DNA of 64,000 nt. Source: Octopus sinensis. Taxonomy: Eukaryota. The translations under genes were made by a program, and so were the position numbers. The notes beneath the pieces are model-generated. The model did not search any database. It was not told where the DNA came from and worked only from the letters and a program-made list of their open reading frames with translations. Positions 40,099 through 53,380 of this stretch are shown one piece after another (the stretch's first letter is position 1; each line of letters begins with the position of its first letter). The stretch spans positions 200,446,001 through 200,510,000 of the forward strand of contig NC_042997.1 in the NCBI RefSeq assembly GCF_006345805.1, written 5' to 3'.

Positions 40099-40599
40099 CA
40101 TATACACGACAGATTTCTCAGTTTCCGTCTACCAAATCCACTCACAAGCATGGTCAGCCCGGGGTTATAGCAGAAGACACTTTGCCCAAGATGCCACGCA
40201 GTGGGACTGAACCCGGAACCATGTGGTTGGTTAGCAAGCTACTTACCACACAGCCACTCCTGCGCCTACCTTTTCTCCTTAACTTGTCTCTTATATCGTT
40301 TCTCGATTTTTGTTTTTTCCTCTTTGATAAAAAGCATCACTGGAAACATCAGTGTCCTTCCTGTTTCTTCGTTTGAGGTAATAATCTTTTATGTACACTT
40401 CTTTGTTATTTTTTCCTTTACATTTCTACGCTTTTCAAGTATGTACTTTCGCTTTTCTGATTCATATTCATGTAAAAAGTGGGGCGATAATGGGAGGGGG
40501 GGAGGCAATTCATGTAAAAACATCAAAATAATGGGTTCATTAGGTTAAGTTTTATTTGTGACATACAGTTGCTTTGAATTTGCTTTAGAAAGAGGTCTA

Positions 40600-40673
40600 A
40601 GCTTGTGATGGTTACTTTGGGTGGGGACACTAGGAATGTGGCCTGGGTTCCCGAAAAAGTTTGGGAACCACTG
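40600..40673. mobile_element. Possible hAT (Charlie-like) terminus
   Basis: Ends AAAAGTTTGGGAACCACTG, the reverse complement of a CAGTGGTTCCCAAAC-type TIR; partner end not found. Confidence 0.4.
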
Positions 40674-40769
40674 GTTAATAATAAAATTTTGCATCAACTG
40701 TTATCAAATAAGGTGACGGTTGTTCAGAAATAGCCCTGTGCAGCCCTTAACCAGCAGTGTCACTGATAT

Positions 40770-41125
40770 AACGTGGCGCTTCATCGGTTGCGACGACGAG
40801 TGTTCTAGTTGATCCGATTAACGGAACAGCCTCCTCGTAAAATTAACGTGCAAGTGGCTGAGCACTCCACAGATACGTGTACCCTTAACGTTGTTCTCAG
40901 AGAGATTTAGCGTGACAAGGCTGCCTTTTGAAATATAGGTACAACAGAAGCAGGAAGAAAGATCGAGAGAAAGTTTTGGTGAAAGAGTACAGCAGGGTTC
41001 GCCACCACCAAATGCTGGAGCCTCGTGGAACTTTAGGTGTTTTTGCTCAATAAACACTCACAACGCCCAGTCTGGGAATCGAAACAGCAATCCTACGACG
41101 GCGAGTTCGCTGCCCTAACCATCGT
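40770..41125 (-). mobile_element. SINE family C
   Basis: Colinear with 10456-10833. Confidence 0.85.
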
Positions 41126-41751
41126 ACTATATCAGCGACGGAGGCGCTGATATAGTACGATAACGGCACGATGATAGGAGTATGAGAAAAAATAAGGAGT
41201 GAATTAATATTTCCCGAGTACGTATTCCATTTGTCATTCACCTTTACATTCCTCTCACAACTATTTCCTCTCACCTCTTAATAACTAATTTTTAATTCAC
41301 CTGCAACATTCATCCATTCACTCCTCATCTCTTCCTACGTCTCTCTCTCTCTCTTTCCCTCCCTCTCTCTTTCTATTCAATCTCTTATTTATTATATGAT
41401 TCTTTATCTCTTTCATCTCCGCCGCCGCCGCCAATAAGCGCTATATTTTCCTAATGAGAAGTCGTATGTATTCATAGAAAATATATTAACTGAAACAGAT
41501 TTTTCATCATAATCCTTTTCCTGCAGTGTCATAATATAATCTCATTGTAATTTGTTTTCGAATCGAATAATACACACTCAAAAACCGAGATTTAGTCAGA
41601 TGGAATCAGAACCAAGTTTGTATGTCACTTTTTAAGTCATGCTAAAACCCTTCTCCGTAGGTTCTACAGAGCAGCACGGTGAGAATAACTACAGCATACA
41701 ACACAGCACAATTTGTGTTACCCTGCGAATTTTATTATCATTTCAGAGATT

Positions 41752-42610
41752 AAGGCGGCGGGCTGGCACGTTAGCACGCCGGCCGAAATGCGTGACAGTA
41801 TTTCGTCTGTCTTTACGTTCTGAGTTCAAATTCCGCCGAGGTTGACTTTGCCTTTCATCCTTTCGGGGTCGATTAAATAAGTACCAGTTACGAACTGAGG
41901 TCGATGTAATTGACTTAATCCGTTTGTCTCTCCTTGTTTGTCCCCTCTGTGTGTAGCCCCTTGTGGGCAGTAAAGAAATAGGTATTTCGTCTGTCTTTAC
42001 GCACTTAGTTCAAATTCTACCGAAGTCGACTTTGCCTTTCATCCTTTCGGGGTCGATACATTAAGTACCAGTTGCATAGTGGAGTTGATCCAATCGACTG
42101 GCCCCCTCCCCCCAAATTTCGGGCCTTGTGCCTAGAGTAGAAAAGAATATTTTCGTAACTCCTAGGCGGTGAGCTGGCAGAACCGTTAGCACGCCGGCCG
42201 AAATGCTTAGTGGTATTCCGTCTGTCTTTACGTACCTAGTTCAAATTCCGCCGAAGTCGACTTTGCCTTTCATTCTTTCGGGGTTGATAAATTAAGTACC
42301 AGTCACGTACTGGAGTCCATCTAATCGACCAGCCCCTTCCCCCAAAATTTCGGGCATTGTGCCTAGAGTAGAAAAGATTATTATTTCAGAGATGTGAGGC
42401 AGCGAGCGGCTGGTATAGTCAGCATGCCAGACAAAATACTTAGCAGCATTTTGTTTGACTTCCCATTCTGAGTTCAAATCCCGCCGTGGTGCTTTTTATC
42501 TTTCATCCTTTCGGTGTTTATAAAATAAGTACCAGTTTATCACTGGGGTCCATGTAATCGACTAACCGCTTCCCCTGAAATTGCTGGTCTTGTGTCAAGT
42601 TTTGAAACCG
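41752..42610 (+). mobile_element. Head-to-tail cluster of four family B SINE units
   Basis: Core GCCTTTCAT(C/T)CTTTCGG occurs four times; two different 3' tail types. Confidence 0.88.
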
Positions 42611-43013
42611 TCACTTCAGAGTATAGGCATTTTTTGTATCATAGCTTCAAGGGAGAGAAATAATCTAAAGAAGCATGTGACCCCTAACTGCAAACCAAAC
42701 ACCTGGAACTTCTAAGGAAGTTAGGGTTTGTCGCTTCAATGACGAATGAAGCAGTTTTGTACGTCAGCACCGTTAAGGACAAACTCACTTGCTTTTCACT
42801 GAAATATGATGTTCATGAAAATGTTAAATAACCGTCTGCTGGTGCAAGAAGCGTATGACAGTTCCAGTGATCCAGAAATGGAGAATCTAGGGACAAAGTG
42901 GTTTACACATCAACGATCCAACGGTAACAACACTAATGAGTAGAAATCCAAAATGGTGCTGCCAGGAAGTCAGGTCAGGAATTTCAAAGCTAGTGATTGC
43001 TGGTTAAAGCAAT

Positions 43014-43244
43014 AAGGCGGCGAGCTGGCAGAAACGTTAGCAGCCGGGCGAAATGCTTAGCGGTATTTCGTCTGCCGGTACGTTCTGGGTTCAATTTCCG
43101 CCGAGGTCGACTTTGCCTTTCATCCTTTCGGGGTCGATAAATTAATTACCAGTTACGCACTGGGGTCGATGTAATTGACTTAATCCGTTTGTCTGTCCTT
43201 GTTTGTCCTCTCTGTGTTTAGCCCCTTGTGGGCAGTAAAGAAAT
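43014..43244 (+). mobile_element. SINE family B, full length
   Basis: AAGGCGGCGAGCTGGCAGAAACG head to AAAGAAAT tail. Confidence 0.9.
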
Positions 43245-43493
43245 ATATAGCAATTTAGAAATCATCTTATGACTATCCAAGGTGAAGCAAGCAGAGAACT
43301 ACTCAAGAAAATCGAACCATTTTGGGAAAAGCTAAACGATTTGATTGTGCATGAAAGACTTAATTTTCCGGAAGTATAATGGGAATGAAAGTGGGTTGTA
43401 TTGATAGTCTTTACTCCGAAATACCCAATACATATAATGGTCTAGTCAGTCTCTTGCTACTCTGGGGTTTTGCTGTATGCTTGATGGGTAGTA

Positions 43494-43532
<39 letters not shown>

Positions 43533-43737
43533 GTGAAAGAGGAAGAGTGAGACAGAGGAAGAGAGACAAAGATAAAGAGGCAGATGGAGATTTCTTATAT
43601 AAAAGGAATAGCTTTTCTTTTGAACATAATGTTTTGTAAACACGACTGTGTTCTAATTCAATCATTTTTATTAACGTTTACTCGCATTTGCGTATCAGAC
43701 CCTTGTATTTCGTTTGGAACAATAAAATTCCCAAATT

Positions 43738-44500
43738 CATCTTTTAACATTAATGTTTCTGGGATATCTCAGCCTCATCTTCAGGATATGGGTTGATTTT
43801 GGCTTCTGTGCTGCCTCTTTTTCTTTATATCGTGGGCATCATATACTGATTCAGATTTTCGCACATTATATGCAGAAAAGAGGAAAACATAACGAAAAAC
43901 CTGATTAAACGAAACACAAAACAAGCCACGTGAAACCATAAGCTGACACTATATATACATAACTAAAATACGATGCAAAAACTTCTTGCCAATCTGTAAA
44001 CATGTAAGCCTGAGAGCAAACTTAGGCTGATCAATGTAGTTTATAAGTTTGAGAGTTGGAATAACAACAGCAAACTTTCAACATTCACCATGCATTTAAA
44101 ACGAGGAGCGATTGCTACATACAGCACGACATATAATTAAACAAAGCCAGATAATAATATATTAGCAGAAAATATTTCCATACTTTACAGAATTCCCCAC
44201 AGAAATAGACAACAGATTATGGAAACAATACTAATATTGCAACACAAAGCTACAATTAACATTCGTAATATATACCGATCTGTCGACGTCGAACTTTACG
44301 GTTTAACGCTCAAATTCTGTCAGAAAAGTCTGTATAAACATAAGCTAGTCACTATAAAACGAACAACACAGAAACCGGATCCCCCACCACATCCTGAAGA
44401 TGAGACTGTGATAGCATGGAAGTGTTAATGATGAAGATGAATTTGGGTATTTTATTGATCTAAATGAGACACAAGGGTTTGAGACGTAGATACAAGAAAA
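43738..44500 (+). mobile_element. Penelope-like GIY-YIG C-terminal fragment flanked by decayed hammerhead-like motifs
   Basis: INVVYKFE..., GAIATYS..ENISIL..RQQIMETILILQHKATIN; ATCCTGAAGATGAG occurs inverted at ~43775-43788 and direct at 44391-44404. Confidence 0.65.
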
Positions 44501-44689
44501 TGTCAATAAAATGCATTGTTTTCAAAATATCATGTTCAAAAGAAAATCTCTTCTTCCTATAAATTATCTACTTCTCTCTCTTTCTCTCTCAAATGTGCAT
44601 ACGTAAGTATGAACGTATGTATGTATGTATGTATGTATGTATGTATGTATGTATGTATGTATGTATGTATGTATGTATGTATGTATGTA

Positions 44690-45575
44690 TGTGTCTTCTA
44701 TTTTATTATTACAAATCTTCCACTGAGGAGGGAGCCAGTTTCCAAGAAAGATAGAAGGCTCCATCTTTGGGTTGTGATTAACATAGACAAATTCACATTT
44801 GGAACTTGAGAAAAGTCTTGCATATTTTTACTGTTCCACTCACAGATTGAACTTGTAATGTACGAATCAGCCAGTCAATTTCTCTTTCTGGAAATCCCAG
44901 TTTATCCAGATTCTCCTTTAAGCATTTATTAACAAAATCTAGTGCTCCAATTATTATTGGTATGAATATGAATTCATAGTCTGGATATAGAAGCTGGAGG
45001 TTTCGAAGCAGTTGTCCATAGATATCCTTTTTTTTTTTTTTTAATTTTCAAAGAGATATCCACAGGGCAGCTAACCTCTATGCGCCTCTGTTCCAAGTAG
45101 CAATATCCGGACTTTTATGCTTACATTTGACAGAAGATTTGATGGGAATATTCCACCAGAATTCTTTGAGTTGGTGATTGTGAATGTATTCCATAACAGG
45201 GATTTTCTAAGTTTTCTGCGGATGGCATTGTAAATTGTTTTAGCAGCGACATCGCGCCGCATACGGAGGTAATACTGTGACGAGTTTTTAAATGACTGAA
45301 GTTCAGTAATTAAAAATGCGATATTTCATGAGAAAGAACCTAATATTTCTAGCAGTTGAAAATCCTACCAGGTAACCATTTGTTTTCTGAAATGGGAATG
45401 ATAATGGATTCAGTGCCAAAATGAAAAGAAGTACAGAAAGACTATCTTCCTTCAACAGCCACGAACGAGGGATAGATTCGAATGCCTTCCTTATAGTTAA
45501 GCCATACTGTCACAAGGTTTGTGCGTTGTCTTCTTACTTCAGTCAGTATAGCTATTTATGGAAAGTTTTGTTGGC
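44690..45575 (-). mobile_element. R4/Dong-like LINE relic (deleted RT, endonuclease, 3' UTR)
   Basis: NLVTVWLNY..AFESIP.SWL, DSLSVLLFILALNPLSF, RRDVAAKTIYNAIR, FWWNIPIKSSVKCKHKSPDI, YGQLLRNLQLLYPDYEFIFIPIIIGAL. Confidence 0.85.
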
Positions 45576-45588
45576 ACATACCCACATG

Positions 45589-45634
<46 letters not shown>

Positions 45635-46339
45635 GATATATATATGTATTATATATATGTATATATATAATATATATTATATATATACATATATATACAT
45701 ATGTATACATATATTTATATACATCTATCTATCTATCAATCTGTCTAGTTCTCTCTCTATATCTATCTATCTATCTATCTATCTAATATATGTATATATA
45801 TATATATATATATAGATATATTATAGATATATCTATATATATATATATATATATATATAACACGTATATATATGTGTATAGTATATGTATGTATGTATAT
45901 ATTATATTATTATGATATATGATATATATATATATATATATATATACACATGGGGAGTGGTATGCGTGTGTACGATTTGTGTTGGCTGTCTGAAGAAAGA
46001 GAACTTAATACGATGGTGGAGATTATTAATACATCAAGATAAACATTTCCTCTCATTTTTTTTTGATAACATAATCCCATCGCTTTGGCAAACTGTTGAT
46101 CCCTCGAGCGTCAGATTCTTCAGGTTTCGAAGTAAATAAACACTTAATATTATTTTTAACCTCTTCACAATTAATAAACTGTTTTTCCCTTTAAATACTG
46201 TTGCAATGAACTGAAAGAAATATAGTCAGATGGATCAAAGTTTTGAAGATATGGAAAAAAAGGCAAAACTTTGATATTTGGTGCCATGATTTTTTCCAGA
46301 ATAACTTAGGGAATATATGGTCTTGAATTTTCATGTAAG

Positions 46340-46550
46340 AGCAACAGCCCCTTACGACTGGCCACGCCGGACGAAATGCTTATCGGCATGTCGTCTGCCG
46401 ATACGCTCTGAGATCAAATTCTGCCGAGGTTGACTTTGCCTTTCATCCTTTCGGAGTCGATAAAAAAAGTACCACTTGAGTGCTGGGGATCAATGTAATC
46501 GACTGTTCCCTTCCCCCAATTTTAGGCTTTGTTCCTATGGTATAAAGTAT
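46340..46550 (+). mobile_element. Degenerate SINE family B
   Basis: Contains GACTTTGCCTTTCATCCTTTCGGAGTCG. Confidence 0.75.
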
Positions 46551-46559
46551 TAATGGGTG

Positions 46560-46960
46560 CTTTTACAGCAAATTTTTGTTCAATTTGTCCACCATTTTGG
46601 TGCAACACTTCATGATAGAGGACATCCTTCACATCCCACCAAACATGGAGCATAAATTTTTTCAGGTGTAGTTCTAGTTTGAGAATGAAATGTCTCTTTT
46701 CATTGGAGGATAACTATTGTCGTTTTCATTGAATACGATTATAGAGAATCCACTTTTCTTCACTCGTGATTCTACCCAGAAAAGTTAAAAAAGAAAGTCT
46801 ACAATCCAATGTCCAGCCGAAGGACAGTCCTTTGATGAAGCTGACAAGCAGTTAGATGATGAGTGAAGGTGTTTTATGATCGGAATGTAGCTTGAACTAA
46901 AGTTTTATCAATTTTCATGGAGCTTCCTTTGAATTTTTCTCAACAACAGTTTTCAGAAGT
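46560..46960 (-). mobile_element. Mariner transposase fragment
   Basis: Minus strand KKFMLHVWWDVKDVLYHEVL matches the KVMLCVWWD.KG...E.L motif. Confidence 0.65.
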
Positions 46961-47949
46961 TCGCTATTGATAGAATGTTGTGTAGACGCCCCCAGACGAT
47001 GAAGTAGACTAGCCCAATACGTAGATATAGAGGAAGAAGTCTAGATGTCGTGGACTAGTCAGAGAAGAGTAGCAGAGTAGTAGAGAGAGCACAGCTGAGT
47101 AGTAATCGAACGTGCAACATAACATAGAACTTAACCGTCCTGATCAATCAGACCCTGCAAGAATAAAGTTTCCCGAGCAAGACTGCCTAAACCATCGTTG
47201 GCATATCTGGATGCTTAAATCTTCATTTTTATAGATAGAGTGAATATCTCTTGCCGCTTTCGTTGCTGAATAGACCCTTTTGAATTTATACAGCATGTGT
47301 GCCTGATGTGGATCTGACCTAGGGTTATTTTAAACGGATGAAATCAATACGAGTGTAACCACTAATGTATAAAATAATTTGCAAAGAGAAAACAAACATG
47401 AGAGCATGAAAGCATAGGAAACGTACCCTCAAAATGATCTCGTCCAAAATGCGACAGATCTTTCTTTCCAACTTAATATGTATCTCTTTTTGTATCTGAT
47501 CTTTGCTGTGGATTTTCTATACGAATGAAGCTGTATCCTTAATTTGCCATTTCTGTATACAACGACAAAGAATAAATCTTGCGAACAGACTTGATATTAA
47601 CGAAATACCTCTTGAAATCACCTGAGGAGACACATCTATACCGAGGGATCGATGCTAGATGGGTCAAAACGTTTGTAGTGATCAATAAAGTTTCTCGTAT
47701 CTTCCATCTTCCGTCTTTCTCATTAACCGCACCCAACGAACAATAAGCCAGTGAATGTGTTTTACTGGTATCCCAGGTTTATACCATATGATTTAGTAAC
47801 AGCTAATGATAATAATAATAATAATGATGATGATGGTAATGATAATTTCATTTATTTGCCTCAACGGCAAAGGATGAGGGAGACAATACAAAGATAGACA
47901 TAAGGTGTGGAGGGTTTACATATAATGAAATGATAAGCAAAATGAAAAA

Positions 47950-48123
47950 TGTGTTACGTTGTGAGTTCAAATTCCGCCGAGGTCGAATTTGCCTTTCATC
48001 CTTTCGGGGTCGATAAATTAAGCACCAGTTACGCACTGGGGTCGATGTAATCGACTTAATACCTATGTCTGTCTTTGTTTGTCCCCTCTATATTTAGCCC
48101 CTTGTGGGTAATAAAGAAATAGG
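47950..48123 (+). mobile_element. 5'-truncated SINE family B
   Basis: Core and type 1 tail are present. Confidence 0.82.
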
Positions 48124-48166
48124 TATACACTGAAAACAAGGGACATACAAAGGTTTAAACAACAAC

Positions 48167-48206
<40 letters not shown>

Positions 48207-48275
48207 TAATAATAATTATAATATTATTATTATTATTATTATTATATTATTATTATATGTATATATATATATATG

Positions 48276-48307
<32 letters not shown>

Positions 48308-48311
48308 CTAG

Positions 48312-48620
48312 TAAGGAAAAATTTTTTTTAAAAATGCAGAATGCTCAAATGAAGAAAATTTTATAAAATGAGAAATTGATAAAATATAATTTTAAAAAAT
48401 GCAGAATGCTCAAATGAAAGAAAATTTTAATAAAATGAGAAATTGATAAAATATAGTTTTAAAAAAACTTCTTAAAACATAATATTCTTGACAAGTCATA
48501 CAATGACGAAAACCGGTTGGATAAATATATATTTATATATTTTATCAATTTCTCATTTTATTAAAATTTTCTTTCATTTGAGCATCTGCATTTTAAAAAA
48601 CTTTTTCCTTACTTATCATT
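48312..48620. mobile_element. Foldback copy of the 37200-37480 family centred on a U3-A8 hammerhead with a damaged cleavage site
   Basis: TATTCTTGACAAGTCATACAATGACGAAAACCGGTT at 48483-48518 is identical to 37334-37369; inverted arms on both sides. Confidence 0.8.
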
Positions 48621-48658
48621 TCTCCACGTGCGGTCAACACAACCCCACCATTTATTGA

Positions 48659-48710
<52 letters not shown>

Positions 48711-48744
48711 TATAGGTGTGTGTATATATATATATATATATATA

Positions 48745-49135
48745 CATCTGATCTGGCAAAGTTTCTCCAGTTGGATGCCCATCCAAATGCTAACCACTCT
48801 GAGAGTGTAGTGGGTGATTTTACGTACCACCAGTACGAGGGCCAGTCAGGCAGTTCTGGCAATGATCACGCTCAAAAGGTGTTTTTACATGCTACCTGCA
48901 TGGGAGCCAGTCTGGCGGCAACGACCATGCTCGAATGTTGTTTTACACGTGCCACCAGCACATGTGCCAGTACAGAGATACTGGCAATGGTCACACTTGA
49001 ATGGTGCTTTTCACGTGTCACTGGCATGGGAGCCAATCCATGGCCCTGGCAACGATCATGCTCGGATGTGCTTTTAATGTTCCACTGGCACGAGTGCCAA
49101 TCAGGCGGCACTGTCATCGGCCACGTCAGCAATTT
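48745..49135 (-). mobile_element. SINE family D with internal ~65-bp array
   Basis: Colinear with 31540-31890. Confidence 0.82.
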
Positions 49136-49158
49136 TGATTTGTTTGAATTGATGTGAT

Positions 49159-49568
49159 TACTCTTTTACTCTTTTACTTGTTTCAGTCATTTGACTGTGG
49201 CCACGCTGGAGCACCACCTTTAGTCAAGCAAATCGACCCCAGGATTTATTCTTTGTAAGCCTAGTACTAATTCTATCGGTTTCTTTTGCCGAACCACTAA
49301 ATTACAGGGATGTAAACACACCAGCATCAGTTGTCAAGCTATGTTGGGGGGGACAAACACAGACACACAAACATATACACACACACACATATATATACAT
49401 ATATATGACAGATTTCTTTCAGTTTCCGTCTACCAAATCCACTCACAAGGCTTTGGTCGGTTCAAGGCTATAGTAGAAGACACTTGCTCAAGGTGCTACA
49501 CAGTGGGACTGAACCTGGAACCATGTGATTGGTAAGTAAGCTACTTACCACACAGCCACTCCTGCCCT
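49159..49568 (-). mobile_element. SINE family A, full length
   Basis: Reverse complement of the 34926 copy. Confidence 0.9.
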
Positions 49569-49789
49569 ATTGTATATAATTTTTAAATGACATTGTAGGT
49601 AGGTGTGATAGGCCAGATCTGGCAGGTTTGAACATAAACAGATTGACTATTTGAGCCTGATAGGGTCAGTTTGAATATTAAAAGGTTAAGAGTGAATGGT
49701 GGCGGGGTGGGGCGGGGGATAAAAACCAACCCAGTTTCAACCAAGATCACAGGAGTTCTTTATCAATTTTCATTCTTTTGTTCCCATAT

Positions 49790-50190
49790 TTCTGTTGAAG
49801 TTGCTTTCGTTTCAATCAATTTTAGAAAGAATGAAGAATTTATTAAAATAACCATCATTTTTAATTTGGTGTTTGGGACAAATTAATATTACATTTTAAT
49901 GGAAAATTTTTTACTTAAATCACTTGAAAACAGGCAGTGTGTGTCAGAGAATCATGAGCAGTTTCACATGGGCTGCATCGAAAGAGGGGACACTTTTGAT
50001 GCTATATTTTCATTGAAATTCACTGCTTTTGTTTCATTTAATTTTGAGAATAATGAAGAATTTGGTAAAATAACTGTCATTATTAAGCTGGTGTTTGGAA
50101 AAGAAATTGATAGGAAATTTAGATGGAAGGCTTTTATTTTAATTTAGATGACTTCAAAACAGGAAATGTGAATCAGAGAATCAAAAGTTG
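49790..50190. repeat. Diverged tandem duplication (~225-bp period)
   Basis: AATTTT..A.AATGAAGAATTT..TAAAATAAC..TCATT..TAA..TGGTGTTTGG occurs near 49818 and near 50040. Confidence 0.7.
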
Positions 50191-50385
50191 TGGTTGAAGT
50201 GAGGTTAGATGCCAGTAGAAGAAGAGATTTTGATGTGTATGAGGGGTTTGTTAGGTCACGCCTTAAGAAATCCAACATCCTTCTTTACATATGAGGCTCT
50301 GACATGAATCCCAAATGGGAAGTGGGGGAGAGGACCCCTGAAAGATAACTGGAGACAAGATACTGTGTGGCAGAACTGTAAAAGT

Positions 50386-50802
50386 AGGCGGTGAGCTGGC
50401 AGAAACGTTAACACGCCAGGTGACATGCTTAGTGGTATTTCGTCTGCCATTATGTTCAGAGTTCAAATTCTGCCGAAGTCGACTTTGCCTTTCATCCTTT
50501 CGGGGTTGGTTAAATAAGTATCAGTTATGCACTGGGGTCGATATAATCGACTTAATCCGTTTGTCTGTTCTTGTTTGTCCTCTCTGTGTGTAGCCCCTTG
50601 TGGTTAATAAAGAAATAGGTATTTCGTCTACCGTTACGTTCTGAGTTCAAATTCCACCGAGGTCGACTTTGCTTTTCACCCTTTCGGGGTCGATAAATTA
50701 AGTACCAGTTATGTACTGGGGTCGATGTAATCGACTTAATCCGTTTGTCTGTCCTTGTTTGTCCCCTCTATGTTTAGCTCCTTGTGGGCAATAAAGAAAT
50801 AT
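50386..50802 (+). mobile_element. Family B SINE dimer within a single 16-bp TSD
   Basis: GAACTGTAAAAGTAGG at 50373-50388 and 50803-50818. Confidence 0.92.
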
Positions 50803-51369
50803 GAACTGTAAAAGTAGGGATCCATCTTGAGAGAAACAGAAAAGACAGCCCAGTGTTGAGAACAGTAGAGGCAAATCGTTGATGGCCCAGGCTTCATAGG
50901 GAGCAAAGGGCTAAAGTTAGTAAACAAATACCAAAAAATCAGGGTCAGTGTCAGATGAGCTGGAATCAAAAAGGTTAATTCCAGACAACCAATAGATTCC
51001 TTATAAAACAAAGTTAAATAATCACAACCAGAGATCGCACGTGTGCAATAGAACCTTGCCACAATTCTTTGTCAACCATTATTCTAAATTCCGCAGAGTC
51101 TGTCCAATGTTTTGTGTGAGTTTCATACTTATACACAAATAGTAATTGAAAAATAAAACAATTTACTTTAATTTGAGAAAACAATACATAACCATTAAGG
51201 TGGAAAAAGAAAACAAACTGTTTTTAAATGTTTGAAAGAGAAGACAAGAACCTGTCTGGGAGAAGTGATTAGGTCATGAGTGGTTTTATTTGATTCCATA
51301 TCTAAATTGTTTTCAAGTAGAACCATTGTGCCATAACTTTAATATATCAAGTTGGGAGATTTATTATAA

Positions 51370-51716
51370 AAGTGATAAATAAAAAGATAAGAAGAAAAAG
51401 CAATGACGATGGTGATGATGATGATGAGGAGGACGATGATGATGATGATGATGATCATGATGATAGTGGTGATGACGGAGACGACGATGACGACGATGAT
51501 GTTGATGATAACGTCGATGATGAGGATGATGATGATGATGATGATGATGATAATGTTGATGATGATAATGATAATGTTGATGATGATGATGATGATTATA
51601 AAAAGAAGGAGGAAGCTGAGGTTGGCGTTCAAGATAATGATGCTGTAGGCTGTTCCAGCAGTGGTGGTCATGATGATGTTGGTCTTGATGATGATGTTGA
51701 TGATGAAGACGATAAC

Positions 51717-51773
<57 letters not shown>

Positions 51774-52620
51774 AATGATAATGTTGATGATGATGATGAT
51801 GATGATTATTAAAAGGAGGAGGAAGCTGAGGTTGGCGTTATTTTTAATGATGATGTAGGCTGTGCCAGCAGTGGTGGTCATGATGATGTTGGTGTTGATG
51901 TGATTTCTACTGATAATGATGATGGTACTGGGGATTGTAGAGGCTATGGCAATGGCAGTGGTGATGGTGTTGGGGGTGATGGTGTGGGGGGTAATGGTGT
52001 TGATGTTAATGACAATGAGGGTTGTGGAAGCATTGGTGGTAATGGTAATGCTGACGGTGGTGGTGGGGGTGGTGATGATGATGATGATGATGACAAAAAC
52101 AGCAGCAATGATAATGACGATGACGATGATGATGATGATGGTGATGATGATGATGACGATGATGATGATGATGGTGATGATGGTGGTGGTGGTGGTAGTG
52201 GTAATGATGATGGTGATGATGATGATGGTGGTGGTGGTAATGATGATGGTAATGATGATGATGATGGTGGTGGTGGTGATGATGGTGGTGGTGATGATGG
52301 TAATGATGATGATGATGGTGGTGGTGGTGATGATGGTAATGATGATAGTGGTGGTGGTGGTGATGATGGTGATGATGGTGGTGGTGATGATGATGATGAT
52401 GATGATGATGACGACAGCGATGGTGATGATGATGGTAATGATGACGATGATGGTATTGATGACAGTGATGATGATGGTATTGATGGTGATGATGATGACT
52501 GCAACCATGGCTGATTGCAATCACCACGATGATAATGGTGGTGATGGCAATCGCATCACGTTGGTGAATAATGGTTCTAAATGTTGTAATGTTAATGATA
52601 ATGACAACGGACAATGATAA
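51370..52620. repeat. (GAT/GGT)n compound tract with a 210-bp higher-order duplication
   Basis: GGAGGAAGCTGAGGTTGGCGTT at 51608 and 51818. Confidence 0.95.
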
Positions 52621-52970
52621 TGTTGTTATATTTTGAAAAAAACAAAACCTTCAACATCATAAATATAAATGCCATTACAACTTCAAAAACACTCCGTTCA
52701 CATTAGCGAGGTTTCTCTCGTTGTTGTTGCTGTTGTTGTAGTTGTTGTCTGTAGAAAGTTTGTGTGTGTATTTTGGGATGTACGCATGATGAAATGTCAA
52801 GCTAGACGTGATATCAGTTTTCGAATCAAAAACCTAACGTAGAAGATGTGTTAAGAATAAATGTGCTTTGAGTATTGAGGTTTGTTTTGCGGAGAAAGAT
52901 ACAAGACTTCAGAAGATCTTCATAAGTTCTCTCTTTAATAAATCTAATAATCATAAAAAGAAGAGAAAGC

Positions 52971-53002
<32 letters not shown>

Positions 53003-53129
53003 TGTATAACAAAAAAAAAAAAGATATTAATGTGATATATATTGTTCTGCAATGATAATAAAGAATATTTAAAGTCTTTATCAAAGCCATCCATCATAGA
53101 ACAAAGATGAGCTTTACCAAAATCTATTG

Positions 53130-53186
53130 TGTATTCTTTGTCCTCTCAGCACGCTTACAGCATTTGTTTTATTATCATCATCATCA

Positions 53187-53275
<89 letters not shown>

Positions 53276-53380
53276 GTTATTGTTGTTGTTATTATTATTA
53301 TTGTTGTTGTTGTTGTTGTTTTATTTTTTTATTTATTTATTCATTTATTTTATTTATTTAATTTTTTTTTTTTTTTTTTT
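53130..53380. repeat. (ATT)n/(GTT)n tract and poly-T
   Basis: Visible. Confidence 0.95.

Larger units (their letters stand above)
39035..40267 (-). mobile_element. SINE family A split at its internal microsatellite by a Penelope-type insertion
   Basis: 3' half at 39035-39260 and 5' half at ~40085-40267 in the same orientation. Confidence 0.85.

Noticed and set aside
51339-52617. Asp/Gly-rich ORFs resembling acidic shell-matrix proteins
   Set aside because: They are translations of a (GAT/GGT)n tract open in most frames, and the duplicated unique spacer contains a stop (TAA near 51809) in the Asp frame.
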